Source of the DNA: Opitutales bacterium
GTDB taxonomy: Bacteria; Verrucomicrobiota; Verrucomicrobiia; Opitutales; UBA2987
DNA length: 64,000 bases
Assembly (NCBI GenBank): GCA_965226885.1
Contig: CBDDEL010000016.1
Coordinates: forward strand, 160,001-224,000
Reading direction: 5' to 3'
Shown here: piece after piece, positions 41,996 to 54,023 of the stretch
Numbering within the stretch: the first letter of the stretch is position 1
Layout of the letters: the number at the start of each line of letters is the position of its first letter
Notes under the pieces: model-generated
Told to the model about the DNA's origin: nothing
The model's database searches: none
Seen by the model: the letters and a program-made list of their open reading frames with translations, nothing else
Program-made: the position numbers and the translations under genes

Positions 41996-42581
41996 ATGGA
42001 AAGCAGTAAACTCGAACTCAACGACTCCATTTTCGTGGCCGGCCACCGAGGAATGGTCGGGTCCGCCATTATGAGGAGTTTAGAGGAGAAAGGTTTTCAA
42101 AATATTCTCACCGCCAACCGTGACGAGCTGGATTTGCGCCAGATGGCGGTAGTGCGGTCCTATTTCGAGAACAGAAAACCGGACCATGTCATAGTGGCGG
42201 CCGCCAAGGTGGGCGGGATTCATGCCAACGCCACCTATCCGGCGGATTTCATCTACGACAACCTGGCCATCGCCCTCAATCTCATCCATTCGGCCCACCA
42301 ATCGGGAGTCTGCCGACTGCTTTTTCTGGGGAGCTCCTGCATCTACCCCCGCGAGGCGCCCCAACCCATGACGGAAGAGGCTCTCCTGACCGGTCCTCTG
42401 GAGGCGACCAACGAGGCTTATGCCCTGGCTAAAATCGCGGGCCTCAAGCTCTGCCAATTCTACCGGCGGCAGCATGGGGCGCTGTTTCACTCCGCCATGC
42501 CAACCAATCTCTATGGCCCGGGTGACAACTACCACCCGCAAAACAGCCATGTCATCCCCGCCCTCCTGCGGCGATTTCACG
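41996..42581 (+). pseudogene. fcl: GDP-L-fucose synthase, truncated by IS1
   Basis: [43 protein letters not shown]; ends at the IS1 IR. Confidence 0.92.
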
Positions 42582-43383
42582 GGTAGTGTATAAAAAAAGA
42601 ATGTTATTTTGTATTTTTAGCTGTACAAATAGCGTTAGGCAGTTTATTCTTAGTGCATGGTTACTAAAATTATTAATTGTCGGCACTGTGGAAGTGAAAA
42701 TATCATTAAATTTGGCAAGACGCCCAACCATAAACAGCGCTACCGCTGCCATGATTGTGGTAAACAAAGCCGCGAAAACCCCACAGTGAGATACACCGAA
42801 GAGCAAAAAGAAATGATCCTTCGAGTCTATCAGGAACGCAGCAGTCTACGCGGTTTACAGCGCGCCTTCGGGGTGAGTCCCAACACCGTTTTGAGTTGGT
42901 TAAAAAAAACGACAATCGCTGCGACCGCTCAAAAGCACGATTCTTGCGGCCCGCCGCCATGATGTCATTGAACTGGACGAACTGTGGTCTTTTGTGGGGC
43001 GCAAGAGCGATGCCCAATGGGTTTGGATCGCTCTTTGCCGACGCACCCGTCAAATCCTCTCCTATGCCATTGGGCCTCGGGATTGGTATCGTTGCCGGGA
43101 ACTTTACGAGCGTCTGCCACGGGCCTACAAAAGATGTGCCACCTACAGCGACTTTTGGAGCACTTATGATGAAGTCTTTCCTCATAACCGATCCGTGGGA
43201 AAAGAAACCGGTGAAACGGCCCATGTGGAACGATGGAACAATACCCTGCGCCAACGACTGGGTCGTTTCACACTCAAAACCCTCTCCTTTTCCAAGCTTA
43301 AGAGTATGCATGAAACCTGTCTGAGACTTTTCATTCATCAATATAATCAAGAATTAGCCACCATTCCTACTTAATACACTACC
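42582..43383 (+). mobile_element. IS1-family element type B, copy 2 (insA 42657-42962, insB 42994-43374)
   Basis: GGTAGTGTAT...ATACACTACC; flanks ATTTCACG and GATTTCTG do not match. Confidence 0.95.
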
Positions 43384-43560
43384 GATTTCTGAAACGAGCT
43401 TACCCGTGGCAGGCGCTTGGGTAATTCCCATTTTGGAGTGTCCGGCTGCAATGACGACATTCTTGAGTTTCGGACTGAAGCTGATGATCGGCTTTGAATC
43501 GTAGGTCATAGGACGCCAACCGCACCATTCTTCTTCGACCGGATTGCCTAGTGGCTCCCG

Positions 43561-44362
43561 GGTAGTGTATAAAAAAAGAATGTTATTTTGTATTTTTAGC
43601 TGTACAAATAGCGTTAGGCAGTTTATTCTTAGTGCATGGTTACTAAAATTATTAATTGTCGGCACTGTGGAAGTGAAAATATCATTAAATTTGGCAAGAC
43701 GCCCAACCATAAACAGCGCTACCGCTGCCATGATTGTGGTAAACAAAGCCGCGAAAACCCCACAGTGAAATACACCGAAGAGCAAAAAGAAATGATCCTT
43801 CGAGTCTATCAGGAACGCAGCAGTCTACGCGGTTTACAGCGCGCCTTCGGGGTGAGTCCCAACACCGTTTTGAGTTGGTTAAAAAAAACGACAATCGCTG
43901 CGACCGCTCAAAAGCACGATTCTTGCGGCCCGCCGCCATGATGTCATTGAACTGGACGAACTGTGGTCTTTTGTGGGGCGCAAGAGCGATGCCCAATGGG
44001 TTTGGATCGCTCTTTGCCGACGCACCCGTCAAATCCTCTCCTATGCCATTGGGCCTCGGGATTGGTATCGTTGCCGGGAACTTTACGAGCGTCTGCCACG
44101 GGCCTACAAAAGATGTGCCACCTACAGCGACTTTTGGAGCACTTATGATGAAGTCTTTCCTCATAACCGATCCGTGGGAAAAGAAACCGGTGAAACGGCC
44201 CATGTGGAACGATGGAACAATACCCTGCGCCAACGACTGGGTCGTTTCACACGCAGAACCCTCTCCTTCTCCAAGCTTAAGAGTATGCATGAAACCTGTC
44301 TGAGACTTTTCATTCATCAATATAATCAAGAATTAGCCACCATTCCTACTTAATACACTACC
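43561..44362 (+). mobile_element. IS1-family element type B, copy 3 (insA 43636-43941, insB 43973-44353)
   Basis: IRs as in the other copies; GGCTCCCG 8-bp target duplication. Confidence 0.95.
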
Positions 44363-45212
44363 GGCTCCCGGAGGTAGTGTTGTGCGCCCCGAACCAGGGC
44401 GGTGAGTCGCCTGCGGTTCATAGTGTCATTGTATCCTGAAAATTCGAGAGTCGAACCAATCCGGTAGCCGGTTTGAAATTGAGTGACGACCACCTTTTCG
44501 TGGTCAAAAATCAAGGGTCTGGAAGGACAGAGTTTTGGCCGGGACATGGTAATCGAATAGCCTTTGCCAGGCTGTATGGGTATCTTGCAGCCCAAATCCC
44601 GTTCAAAAGCCGGTGTCCACGCGCCGGTGGCGATGACAACCGCATCAGATTCTATTTCGCCGGCATCAGTGGTAACAGCCCTGACCTTGGCGTTTTCAAT
44701 GACAAACCCGGATACCGGGCACTTTTCAACGATACGAACACCTTCGTTTTCGAGCGATGTCCGCCATGAGTTGAGTAGTTTATCCGGGCGTAAATGGCAA
44801 TCTCCTGGGTAAAACCATGCCTCGGCACAAACATTGGGCAGAAGCGATGGTTCCCTTTCCAGTAATTCGTCGCTATTGATGCGCTGTGCTTCAACATGGA
44901 AATGATCCGCCATAAGTTTGTTGGTCTCTTCGACAGCATCCAGTTCCTTCTTATGACGGTAGATAAAGAAATTGCCTTTAGATTCCCATTCGCAATTTAT
45001 CGTCTTTAACCGCATCAGTTCGGCATAAAGAGAGCTGGAGGACAGGATCAACGAGTGAATGGCAGCGCCATTGCGCAACATTTTACCGGTTCGGCATTGT
45101 TTGGCGAATTGATAAAACCAATGAAAGAGGCCTATGTCTAAACGCGGCTTGATATAGAAGGGCGAGTCGGGCTTAGCCATCATCTTAAGTGCTTCCTTGA
45201 TTGCGCCCGGAG

Positions 45213-46538
45213 TGATGTGCACTGGAAAAAGTGGACACGAGATTCTCCTAAATGGAGAATCGAAGCATGGGAAGAAGACGCAGTATAGAGTTCAAAAATG
45301 AGGCAGTTCAACTGATGATACTCGATGGTCTGAGCGCCACCGAGGTATCGACCAAACTTGGGGTCAACACCAACCAATTGTATAGGTGGAAGAGGCTCTA
45401 TCTGGACGATCAGCAGGGCGAAGCCACCTCAAAGCGACAGAGCAGTCCGAAGGAGATGGCGGCCGAGATAGATCGTCTTCGCAAAGAGCTGCGCCGCTCG
45501 GAGCGGATCAACCAGATACTAAAAAAAACGGTGGGCTACTTTGCCAAGGACGAACAATGAAGTACCAGTTTGTCAAAGACAACGAGGGGCGCTTCAAGAT
45601 CGAGGAAATATGCTCGGCGATGGGGATTTGTCGCAGTGGCTATTACTGCTGGAGGCACCGAGCGCCCTCGGCCCGGCGGATCGAGGACGAGGGAATCAAG
45701 GGGGCGATCCTGAAGGTACACAAAGAGGCCAAGGGCCGCTATGGGCATCGGCCAATGCACCGCCATCTGAAGGATGATGAGGGCATCGATTGCGGCCGTG
45801 ACCGGGCTCTGCGTCTGATGCGTGAAATGGGAATCAAAAGCACCCAGAGTAAACGCTTTAAGCCATTAAAAACCAACAGTAACCATCCCTATGGTTACAG
45901 CCCCAATGTGCTTAAAAAGCATGGCCAGCCGACCCATATCGACGAGGTCTGGGTGGCGGACACGACCTACCTACGGACCCTGGCCGGTTGGATGTACTTG
46001 GCCACGGTGATGGACCTGTTCAGCCGACGCCTGCTGGGCTGGAGCGTTTCCAACCACAACGACGCGAAGCTGGTTGGCAAGGCCCTCAAAGCCGCGGCCA
46101 TGACCCGCGGCACACTGCGCACCGGGATTATTCATCACAGCGATCGGGGCAGCCCCTACGCCAGCGACGACTATCAGAGGCTGGTCTCTGAACTAGGCAT
46201 GAAGCCGAGCATGAGCGCCCAAGGCAACTGCTACGACAACGCGGCCATGGAATCGTTCTACGGCCGCTTCAAGACCAGCACGATTCGAGGCCGCCACCTT
46301 TGCCGACGAGCGCGAACTGCGATCAACTGTCTTCGAATACGTGGAAATCTTCTACAACCGATATCGCAAACATTCCTCTCTGAGTTACCAAAGCCCAGTC
46401 CAATTCGAGGAAAATATTTGCCCCCCATGGGGGGCAACGAGAAAACAAAACCCTTTACCAGAACAAGCCGCCTGACACACTAATCAATAAACAATGAATA
46501 TAAGAGAATCCCGTGTCCAACAAATCCAGTACACGTCA
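45213..46538 (+). mobile_element. IS3-family element type B, copy 3 (orfB frameshifted near 46298)
   Basis: IRs as in the other copies; GAG target duplication; extra C in CCGCCACCTTT. Confidence 0.95.
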
Positions 46539-46876
46539 GAGCGGCAAGAGGCAGAGAATGGCTTGGAGCAAAGAGTCCACAGTTGCCGTGAGAGCAAGCC
46601 GAACCATAAAGGCCACTATCGACAAGTGTGACCGTCCAACCGTCTTTGGCCAGATAATGAGCACTGGCGGCGCCGATAATGCCCCCACCTACAATTGTTA
46701 CAGAACGGGAACTCATTCTTGTTTTCTGTTAGAACCTATCTCAATTTCGCTGATGAATGATGTTTGTTGCCTGCCAAGCCAATAGAATCTATTACAATTT
46801 CGTAAACAAAAAAACTTAAAGTCCGACCGTCGGGCGGGTCCTGTCTTGAGTTTGAGAAAGATTTCTATTTTTTTTT

Positions 46877-46904
46877 TGCGTCCTTTTATCTGTCTTTGCG
46901 TCTT
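46877..46904 (+). promoter_or_regulatory. Candidate ECF (SigZ-type) promoter for the cadI-sigZ operon
   Basis: TGCGTC repeated with a 20-bp period (TGCGTCCTTTT...TGCGTCTTTT) ~40 bp upstream of the first ATG; the CGTC -10 is ECF-like. Confidence 0.35.
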
Positions 46905-46940
46905 TTCTTATAAATTAACACAGAAAAGAAAGAAATTCCC

Positions 46941-47399
46941 ATGAATAATGATTCACCAGAGACCTACCCTCTTAACGCACGCACCCACATTGCTTTGCAT
47001 GTCGGCGATCTGAAATGATCGATTGAATTCTATCGGCTTCTCTTTGGCCGGGAACCGTCAAAAGTGCGGGATCGATATGCCAAGTTCGAGCCCGACAATC
47101 CGAGCCTCAACATGGCCCTCAACGAGAGTTCCGAATCGAAACCCCAAAATGAAGGTCTTTCCCATTTCGGCATTGAGGTCGATTCAGCGGAAGCCGTCAT
47201 GGAATGCGCGAAAAAACTCGAGCAGTCCGGTCTGAAAGTGCAGGTCGAGAAGCAAGTCACTTGTTGTTATGCCGTCCAGGACAAGATTTGGGCGAATGAT
47301 CCCGACGGCAACGCCTGGGAGGTTTTTGTCGTTACGCAAAAGAATGCCTCCGTTTGTTGTGGTGAGCAAAAAGAAGAATCATTAACCGCTTGCTGTTGA
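46941..47399 (+). pseudogene. ArsI/CadI-family VOC metalloenzyme with an in-frame TGA at codon 26
   Basis: THIALHVGDLK*SIEFY...YAKF...LSHFGIEV...TCCYAVQDKIWANDPDGNAWEVF. Confidence 0.85.
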
Positions 47400-47400
47400 A

Positions 47401-48000
47401 ATGGTTAGCTACCTCAAAAAGGAGAATGTAAAAAAACCCGCATCCGCCGGCAGGGCGACGGAAAAGGTTTGGAGGGAATTCAGCACGAAACTGCATCATT
47501 TCATCCTTGCTCGGGTGAGGGACGAACATTTGGCGGAGGATCTGTTGCAGGAAACGTTTTTACGCATCCACAACGGAGTCGATTCCTTGAAGAAAATGGA
47601 TCGTCTTCAATTTTGGGCCTTCCGCATCGCTAAAAACACGATTGCCGATCATTACAGGAAACGGCAGCCGCTTTTCGATTCCTTTGATTTGGACGCCATC
47701 GCGGAGACACAGGAGGAAGATAATTTCAATCGATTGGTGTCCGGCTGGCTGGAGAGAATGATCGGGTAATTGCCGCAAAAATACGGTATCGCCCTGCGCA
47801 TGGCGGAAGTTGAAGGCGCCACCCAGCAGGAGGTGGCCGACAGGCTATCACTCTCCCTCAGCGGAGCCAAATCGCGCATCCAGCGAGCCCGGCGCATGCT
47901 CAAGGAAATCCTTCTAGCGTGCTGCCATATCGAGCTCGACATCGAAGGAAACGTCATTGATTACGGCCCGGCCAAAGGCTGCCGGGATTGTCGGCGCTAG
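47401..48000 (+). pseudogene. sigZ: ECF sigma factor SigZ with an in-frame TAA at 47767-47769
   Basis: AEDLLQETFLRIH, FRIAKNTIADHYRK, then *LPQKYG...SLSGAKSRIQRARRMLK...CCHIELD. Confidence 0.85.
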
Positions 48001-48135
48001 GCAGTTGTTTATGGATGGCGACCATTTGACTGCATTAGCTGTCGAACACGGTCAATCGTCAAAAGGATGTGTAACTAGCCTGCCTCGGCCAGGTAGGAAT
48101 TATCCGCCAACCAAGGAAAACCGGGAAATTTCCAA

Positions 48136-51100
48136 ATGATCATTGCCCATAAAGGCGATGGAGATAGTAATGGGATAGTGTTCAGGACAATCAGGCAGGA
48201 TTATCTTTTATTGATTTTGATAACACTGCTGCTGCCGACCGCTTTACTTTCCGGCCAGGGCCAGGAAATGCGGAAAATATCGGCAGTAGCGCTGGAAGAT
48301 AAAATCTATGCCTCCTGGCTGGGGCAGTGCGTGGGCAATATCTATGGGCTTCCCCACGAGAACAGGTATATCGACGAGCCGGGTCCGGATGAATTTCCCC
48401 TGGGGTATTACGACCTCAGCCGTTTAGAGAAGAATGATGGGGCGTTTTCCGATGACGATACCGACATCGAGTACATGTATCTGCTGGCTATGGAAAAATA
48501 CGGCCTCGAGCCGACTTATGGGCAATTGGCCGAAAGCTGGAAACACCATGTGCGGGGAAAGGTTTGGCTGGCCAACCGGGCCGCCCTGGCCGCCATGCAT
48601 TATGGTTACAGCCCTCCGGCCACTGGTTTTAAGGCAAACAGCCCGCACTGGTTCCAGATCGACCCGCAATTGATCAACGAAATCTGGGCCGTCACCGCGC
48701 CCGGCATGGTGAGCTATGCGGCCGAAAAATCGACCTGGGCAGCCCGTATCATGGATGACGGCTGGGGCATCGAACCCACCTTGGCCTACGCCGCCATGTA
48801 TGCGGCTGCATTTTTCGAGGCGGATATCGACAGCCTCCTGCGGGCCGGAAAAAGCGCCCTGCCGATCGAGGGACGATTTTTAAAATCCATCGAGTATGTT
48901 GAAAATCTTTACAGGAAACATCCGCAGGATTGGAAAATTGCCCGGCATAAGGTCGTGCAAAAATATTTTCATGGGGAACCGCCCGATACCCGCACCATAT
49001 GGAATGCCAACCTGAATGGCGCCCTCGGTATTCAGGCCCTGCTTTACGGCCGGGGCGACTTCCAGCTAACCCTCGACCTGGCCTGCGCCCTGGGCATGGA
49101 CGCCGACAACCAGGCCGCCACCATGGCCGGATTGATCGGCTTGATGAAGGGCTCTCAGGGGATTGCCCAAAAATTGCTTTTTCCGCTCCCCGGGCGCCAT
49201 TGGGAAAAACCCTTGAACGATATTTACAAAAATGTCAGCCGCCACGATATGCCCGATATCGGCCTGCGCGAACTCGCCCGGCGGACCTTATTGCAAACGG
49301 AAAAATTATCCTCCAAAATGGCGGCGAAAAATGGAGTGAAGACGGGCTAGTCTATTACAAGATCAACCCCGAGGCTCGATTCATTGCTCCGTTGGAACTG
49401 CCGGCGGGTCCGCCGCCATTCATCGTTGCGGGAAAAAGTTTTCGCTTTCCCATACCGGTTTCAGGCGGCGAGCCGCCCTATCGTTGGGGTCTGCGAGGGG
49501 GAACCATTCCAGCCGGAGCCGCTTTCAGGAACGGCGTCATCGAGGGAAGGGTGCCGGGTGCGGGTCTTTATAAACTCCGCGTTGAGGTAAAACAGGGTGG
49601 CGAAAATGCCGAACGCGAATACCGGCTCCTGGTGCGCGGAAAAAACCTGGCCCCAAGCGCCGCGCGGGTATTGGCCGGAGTCCGAAAAACCAATACGGCA
49701 GTGCGCGACGCCATGTGGCTGTCGGTGCCTCGATCCTTTTACGCCGATGACCTGGAATCTATCATCCGGGACGGCCAAACGCTGGGCCCCGGCTCGACCT
49801 TTTACAGTATTGAGGGAGAAGTCGCCCGCCAACGGGATTTCTATGGCTACGAATGGGACGATGAGCAATTGATCGGGCTCATCGCCTATCACACCGGAAC
49901 GGTGGAGGAAAACGGTGGCTGGTTCCAGTCCTTGAAGACTGAATACCGGGATGAGATAGGAAACTGGCGTGAGGTCGAAGACTTGGTTTTAAGCCCAAAT
50001 TTGCCCCCTGAGCTACCCGATGGCGTTAACCCATACAACAAGCCCCATTTCGTGGAATACCTCTTATACCAAATCGCAAAAGGATTGATAAAGATTAAAA
50101 AACAGCTATAGAGGCGGAATGAGAAGATATATGGGAACCGATGAAGACCGTGAACGTATCAAGAAATTGCTCAACAAAGAGGCTGTCGGCTGGCGTAAAG
50201 AGCGTTTGGTGGCATTAAAAATGGGCTTCCAGCCGCACCACAGCATTGATGAAATTGGAGCCATCGTGGGCCGAGGCAAAGCGACGATCCAGCGTTGGTT
50301 TGACAAATATCGTGCTGCAGGGCTCGGGGCGGTGCTTACACGCGCCTACAAAGGCGGGATCAAAAGCCGTTGCGACAAAGAGGTGGAGGCCTTCTTGCTC
50401 AATGGTTTGAAGGTCGCGCGCTGGAACACAGCCGTTCAGGCGGGGCAAGAGCTGGAGCGACATTTCGGGCGCTCCTTCGCCTACAAGACGGTGTGGCGAT
50501 GGCTAAAAAAATGCGCCGGGGTGCTTCGAGTCCCTCGCCCCGTGCATGAGAAACGGGACTCGGCAAAAGCGGAAGCGTTCAAGCGAGACTTTTTTAAGAT
50601 CCTCCAGGAGCTTTCCCTCACCCGAGGCAATCGGGTTCGGGTGTGGTTTGCCGATGAAAGCCGTTTTGGTTTGCTTCCGGTGTACCGCCGGTGCTGGACG
50701 CAAAGAGGGCTTCGGCCGCACAAAAAATATCAGACAAGATACCAGTGGAGCTACTGTTACGGAGCCCTCGACGTGGTCAACGGCGAGATGGTATGCATCC
50801 AAACCCCTAGCACGAATCTACAGTGGACGGAGGCTTTCCTCCAACAGATCAAAAAGCAATATCCTGAGGAGGAACATGTGGTTGTATGGGACGGGGCAGG
50901 CTTCCATCCGCACGACTCGGAGCACCCCAACGTCCCCCCGGGCATACATATCGTGAATTTGCCGCCGTATAGTCCTGAACTCAACCCGATTGAAAGACTT
51001 TGGGATATGATACAGGATCAAACGGCCAACAAACTGTGGCCGAGCATTGAGCGACTCGAAGAAGTCGTCGCAACCCATCTCAAAGACTGGTGGGAGGACA

Positions 51101-51344
51101 CTGAAAAAGTCCTCTCTTTAGTTGGCGGAGGCTGGCAGCACATTCAAGCAAACGCTTCTGCCAAATAACTTATTATCATACCTAATGAGATTTGGTATTA
51201 GCCTTCAAACCGGTGCGGACCAAAGCCGTCCGAATAATCGGAGAAGCGGGTAGCGCCCGACACTGGAAAAGCAAAAAGATACCGTTTACCTCCATAACCG
51301 AATTGAGCGTGCACGGACCTCTGCCGGGCTACAAGAACTTGTGA
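48136..51344 (+). pseudogene. Secreted ADP-ribosylglycohydrolase-fold protein with Ig-like (He_PIG-type) and C-terminal beta domains; frameshift near 49305 and IS630 insertion
   Basis: GNIYGLPHE, SDDDTDIE, GMDADNQAAT, VSGGEPPYRW; the frame resumes at 51198 (LAFKPVRTKAVRIIG...SITELSVH). Confidence 0.8.
50067..51197 (+). mobile_element. IS630-family element, copy 2 (transposase 50119-51168)
   Basis: Protein identical to 4118-5167; TTA/TA target repeat. Confidence 0.95.
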
Positions 51345-51452
51345 CAATTAGAACTCGGCAACGGGAGACGGTAAGGATTTGACCGCGAAAATGGATTCTG
51401 GTAAGCCAGCCCATAAATTAATCGCCTGTTTATTTATTCCTCACCCCATTCA

Positions 51453-52517
51453 TTGATGAAAGACAAATTGACCAATGCCGAAACTCGCCGGGATTTTCTG
51501 AAAAAAGGAGTCCTGGCCGGACTCGGCCCCCTGGCTCTGGCTTCCTTGGCGGGCTGCCAGGGCAAGGAATCCGCCAATGCCGTTCCCGCCGCCGGGGGAA
51601 GGCGAAAACTCAGGGCAGCCATCGGCAATGCCGGACTGCAAAGCACATGGTGCGCCCTCGGCAAAACCACCGCCGAGCTTTGGGGCGACATGCTCGACGT
51701 CGATGTGACCTGGTTCGACGGCGCTTTCAACCTGGAAAAACAGCGCAGCGAAATGGAGCGACTGGCCAACCAGGATTGGGATTTCGTGGTCGTGCAGGCC
51801 TACCAAATCGATTTTCTGGAGCCGGTGGTGCGCAAGCTCAAACGCCGCAACGTACCCGTCATCAGTATGGACACGCACCTGGTCGCTATGGAACGCATGA
51901 GAGAAGTCGGCGTGTGGATGCAAATCGAACCGGACCAGCAATGCATGGGGCGCACCAGCACCCAATATCTGATGGAAAAAATCGGGGGCAAGGGCAAGGT
52001 TATCCACATTGGAGGGGCCAGCGGGCATTCCGGGGCGCAGGGCCGCCAGGCCGGTTTCGAGGAAGTCGTCAAAGATTATCCCGATGTCGAGGTTGTCGGA
52101 GGTGGCGTGCGCTGGTGCGATTGGGAAAAAGAAAAAGCCCGTTCCACCTTCACCGCCCTGCTCAACCAGACGCAGGAAAAAATAGCGGGCGCCTTTTTTC
52201 ATAGCGACGATATGGCCATTACGGCAGTCGAGGCGCTCAAGGGCAGCCGGCACGAGGGGATGGTCGTAACCGGGGTTGACGGGCAAAAAGAGGGCCTCAC
52301 AGCCATCCGCGACGGCCGCATGGCCGCCACCACAGTGAATCCGGTATGCCTCATCCACATGACCGCCCTGGTCATCGGACAATACATCGTGCGCAATGGG
52401 GAAAAAATGGAAGACCTGCCCCTGCGGGTGGTCACACCGGGACCTCTGGTCAGCAGGGAGACCGGAAACATAGAAGCCTTGCTTTATATGGCGGATCCCT
52501 CCCATTGCCTTGTTTGA
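51453..52517 (+). CDS. Sugar ABC transporter substrate-binding lipoprotein (Tat signal)
   Basis: TRRDFLK twin-arginine motif, LAGC lipobox, RbsB-like fold motifs (HSDDMA, VTGVDG). Confidence 0.9.
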   Translation: MMKDKLTNAETRRDFLKKGVLAGLGPLALASLAGCQGKESANAVPAAGGRRKLRAAIGNAGLQSTWCALGKTTAELWGDMLDVDVTWFDGAFNLEKQRSEMERLANQDWDFVVVQAYQIDFLEPVVRKLKRRNVPVISMDTHLVAMERMREVGVWMQIEPDQQCMGRTSTQYLMEKIGGKGKVIHIGGASGHSGAQGRQAGFEEVVKDYPDVEVVGGGVRWCDWEKEKARSTFTALLNQTQEKIAGAFFHSDDMAITAVEALKGSRHEGMVVTGVDGQKEGLTAIRDGRMAATTVNPVCLIHMTALVIGQYIVRNGEKMEDLPLRVVTPGPLVSRETGNIEALLYMADPSHCLV

Positions 52518-52538
52518 GAAAATTTTCATCGCGCGCCC

Positions 52539-54023
52539 ATGCTTCTAAGCTGTGAAAATATCTCCAAATCCTACTCCGGGGTAGAGGCTCTCCATCAGGT
52601 CAGCCTGCAATTGCGGGCCGGAGAAGTGCATGGCCTGGTCGGCGCCAATGGGGCCGGTAAAAGCACCCTCATGAAAATTCTCTCCGGGGCTCTTTCCGAT
52701 TTTGAGGGGGCGATCACCTTTCAAGACAAACCCCTGCAGATGGCCAACCCGCACGACGCCCTTGCCCACGGTATCGCCATGGTTTACCAGGAATTGTCTG
52801 GAGTGGGAAAATTGAGCGTGGCCGAAAATCTCTTCCTGGGACGCCAGTTGCGTGGCCGGTTCGGCTTAATCGACTGGAAAACGATGAACCGCCGGGCCCG
52901 TGAAATCTTGGCCTCTGTGGGGCTGGACCTAGATGTGACGCACCCGTTGGAGAGTTTTTCACTGAGCATCCGGCAAATGATCGAGATCGCCCGCTGTCTC
53001 CAGGCCGGAAGCCGTTTGTTCATTCTGGACGAACCGACCAGCGCCCTCTCCCCACCGGAAAAGGAGCGGCTTTTTCAGCTTTTGGCCAAACTGAGGGATG
53101 AGGGCAAAGGCATTGTGTTTGTCAGCCATTTTATCGAGGAGGTTCTCGAAATCTGCGACCGCGTGACCATTTTGGTGGATGGACGCTTGCGCTCGACCTT
53201 GCCCACAACCGGGTTGAGCAAACATGAAGTGATTCACGAAATGCTCGACGGCAAGGACATGGGCACCGAAGAAGCCATGGAAGAGGCGGTTTTGCTGCCT
53301 CCAAAATCGCTGGAGAAACCCTTAGTGCAATTGCGTTCTCTAAGCCTTAAGGGCGCCTGTAAAAATATCAGCCTGGATCTAAGGCCCGGCGAATCTCTCG
53401 GCCTTTATGGATTTGTGGGAGCCGGTCACCAGGAATTGGCCCACTGCCTGTGCGGTTCCAAAAAGGCGGATGGCGGTGATTTTATTTGGGAAAACCAGTC
53501 CATTCCCATGCCTACACCGCACCGGGCGGTGCAAATGGGGATTGCTTTTGTAGCCGCAGACAGAGCGGCTTCCATCGTTCCCAAAGAGGAAAATTACAAA
53601 AACATCACCATTGCCCACCTCGATTCTGCCATCGGACATTGGGTCACTCCGGCCAAAGAAATTGCCGTGGCCGCTCCTTGTTTGGAAAAAGTCGGCTGCC
53701 AACCCCCGGACCCGCGCCGCAAAACCGGTTCCCTCTCCGGCGGCAACCAGCAAAAAGTGGTCCTCGGCAAATGGCTGCTGGATGAAGTCCGGTTCCTCAT
53801 TCTGGAAGAACCGACCCGGGGCATGGATGTGGGGGCCAAACGGGAGGTGATGAAACTGGTGCGCGATTTGAAGAAACAGGGGGCGGCCGTCCTCATCGCC
53901 AGCAGCGAACCGGAATTGCTCCTAGCCCATGCCGACCGCATCCTGGTCATGCGCCGGGGAGTCGTGACGAAAGAGCTGTTCGACTGCAAGGTGGACAAAG
54001 CGGAACTCATGCGCCATGCCTGA
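52539..54023 (+). CDS. Sugar ABC transporter ATP-binding protein (two NBDs)
   Basis: GANGAGKSTLMK, ILDEPT, LSGGNQQKV, EPTRGMDVGAK. Confidence 0.95.
   Translation: MLLSCENISKSYSGVEALHQVSLQLRAGEVHGLVGANGAGKSTLMKILSGALSDFEGAITFQDKPLQMANPHDALAHGIAMVYQELSGVGKLSVAENLFLGRQLRGRFGLIDWKTMNRRAREILASVGLDLDVTHPLESFSLSIRQMIEIARCLQAGSRLFILDEPTSALSPPEKERLFQLLAKLRDEGKGIVFVSHFIEEVLEICDRVTILVDGRLRSTLPTTGLSKHEVIHEMLDGKDMGTEEAMEEAVLLPPKSLEKPLVQLRSLSLKGACKNISLDLRPGESLGLYGFVGAGHQELAHCLCGSKKADGGDFIWENQSIPMPTPHRAVQMGIAFVAADRAASIVPKEENYKNITIAHLDSAIGHWVTPAKEIAVAAPCLEKVGCQPPDPRRKTGSLSGGNQQKVVLGKWLLDEVRFLILEEPTRGMDVGAKREVMKLVRDLKKQGAAVLIASSEPELLLAHADRILVMRRGVVTKELFDCKVDKAELMRHA

Larger units (their letters stand above)
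43384..46716 (-). pseudogene. FAD-dependent D-amino acid dehydrogenase (DadA family), split by IS3 and IS1 and 3'-truncated
   Basis: Segments 46539-46716 (VGGGIIG, SHGNCG), 44363-45212 (IQPGKGYS) and 43384-43560 (WCGWRPMT, AGHSKMG...PATGKLV). Confidence 0.88.

Noticed and set aside
42582..44362. Two direct IS1-B copies around 177 bp as a composite transposon with cargo
   Set aside because: The enclosed DNA is the 3' part of the resident DadA-like gene, and copy 3 has its own target duplication, so these are independent insertions.
47016..47018. In-frame TGA as selenocysteine or an alternative genetic code
   Set aside because: The position is not a conserved Cys site, TGA ends many normal genes in the window, and the neighbouring sigZ has an in-frame TAA, so simple nonsense decay explains both.
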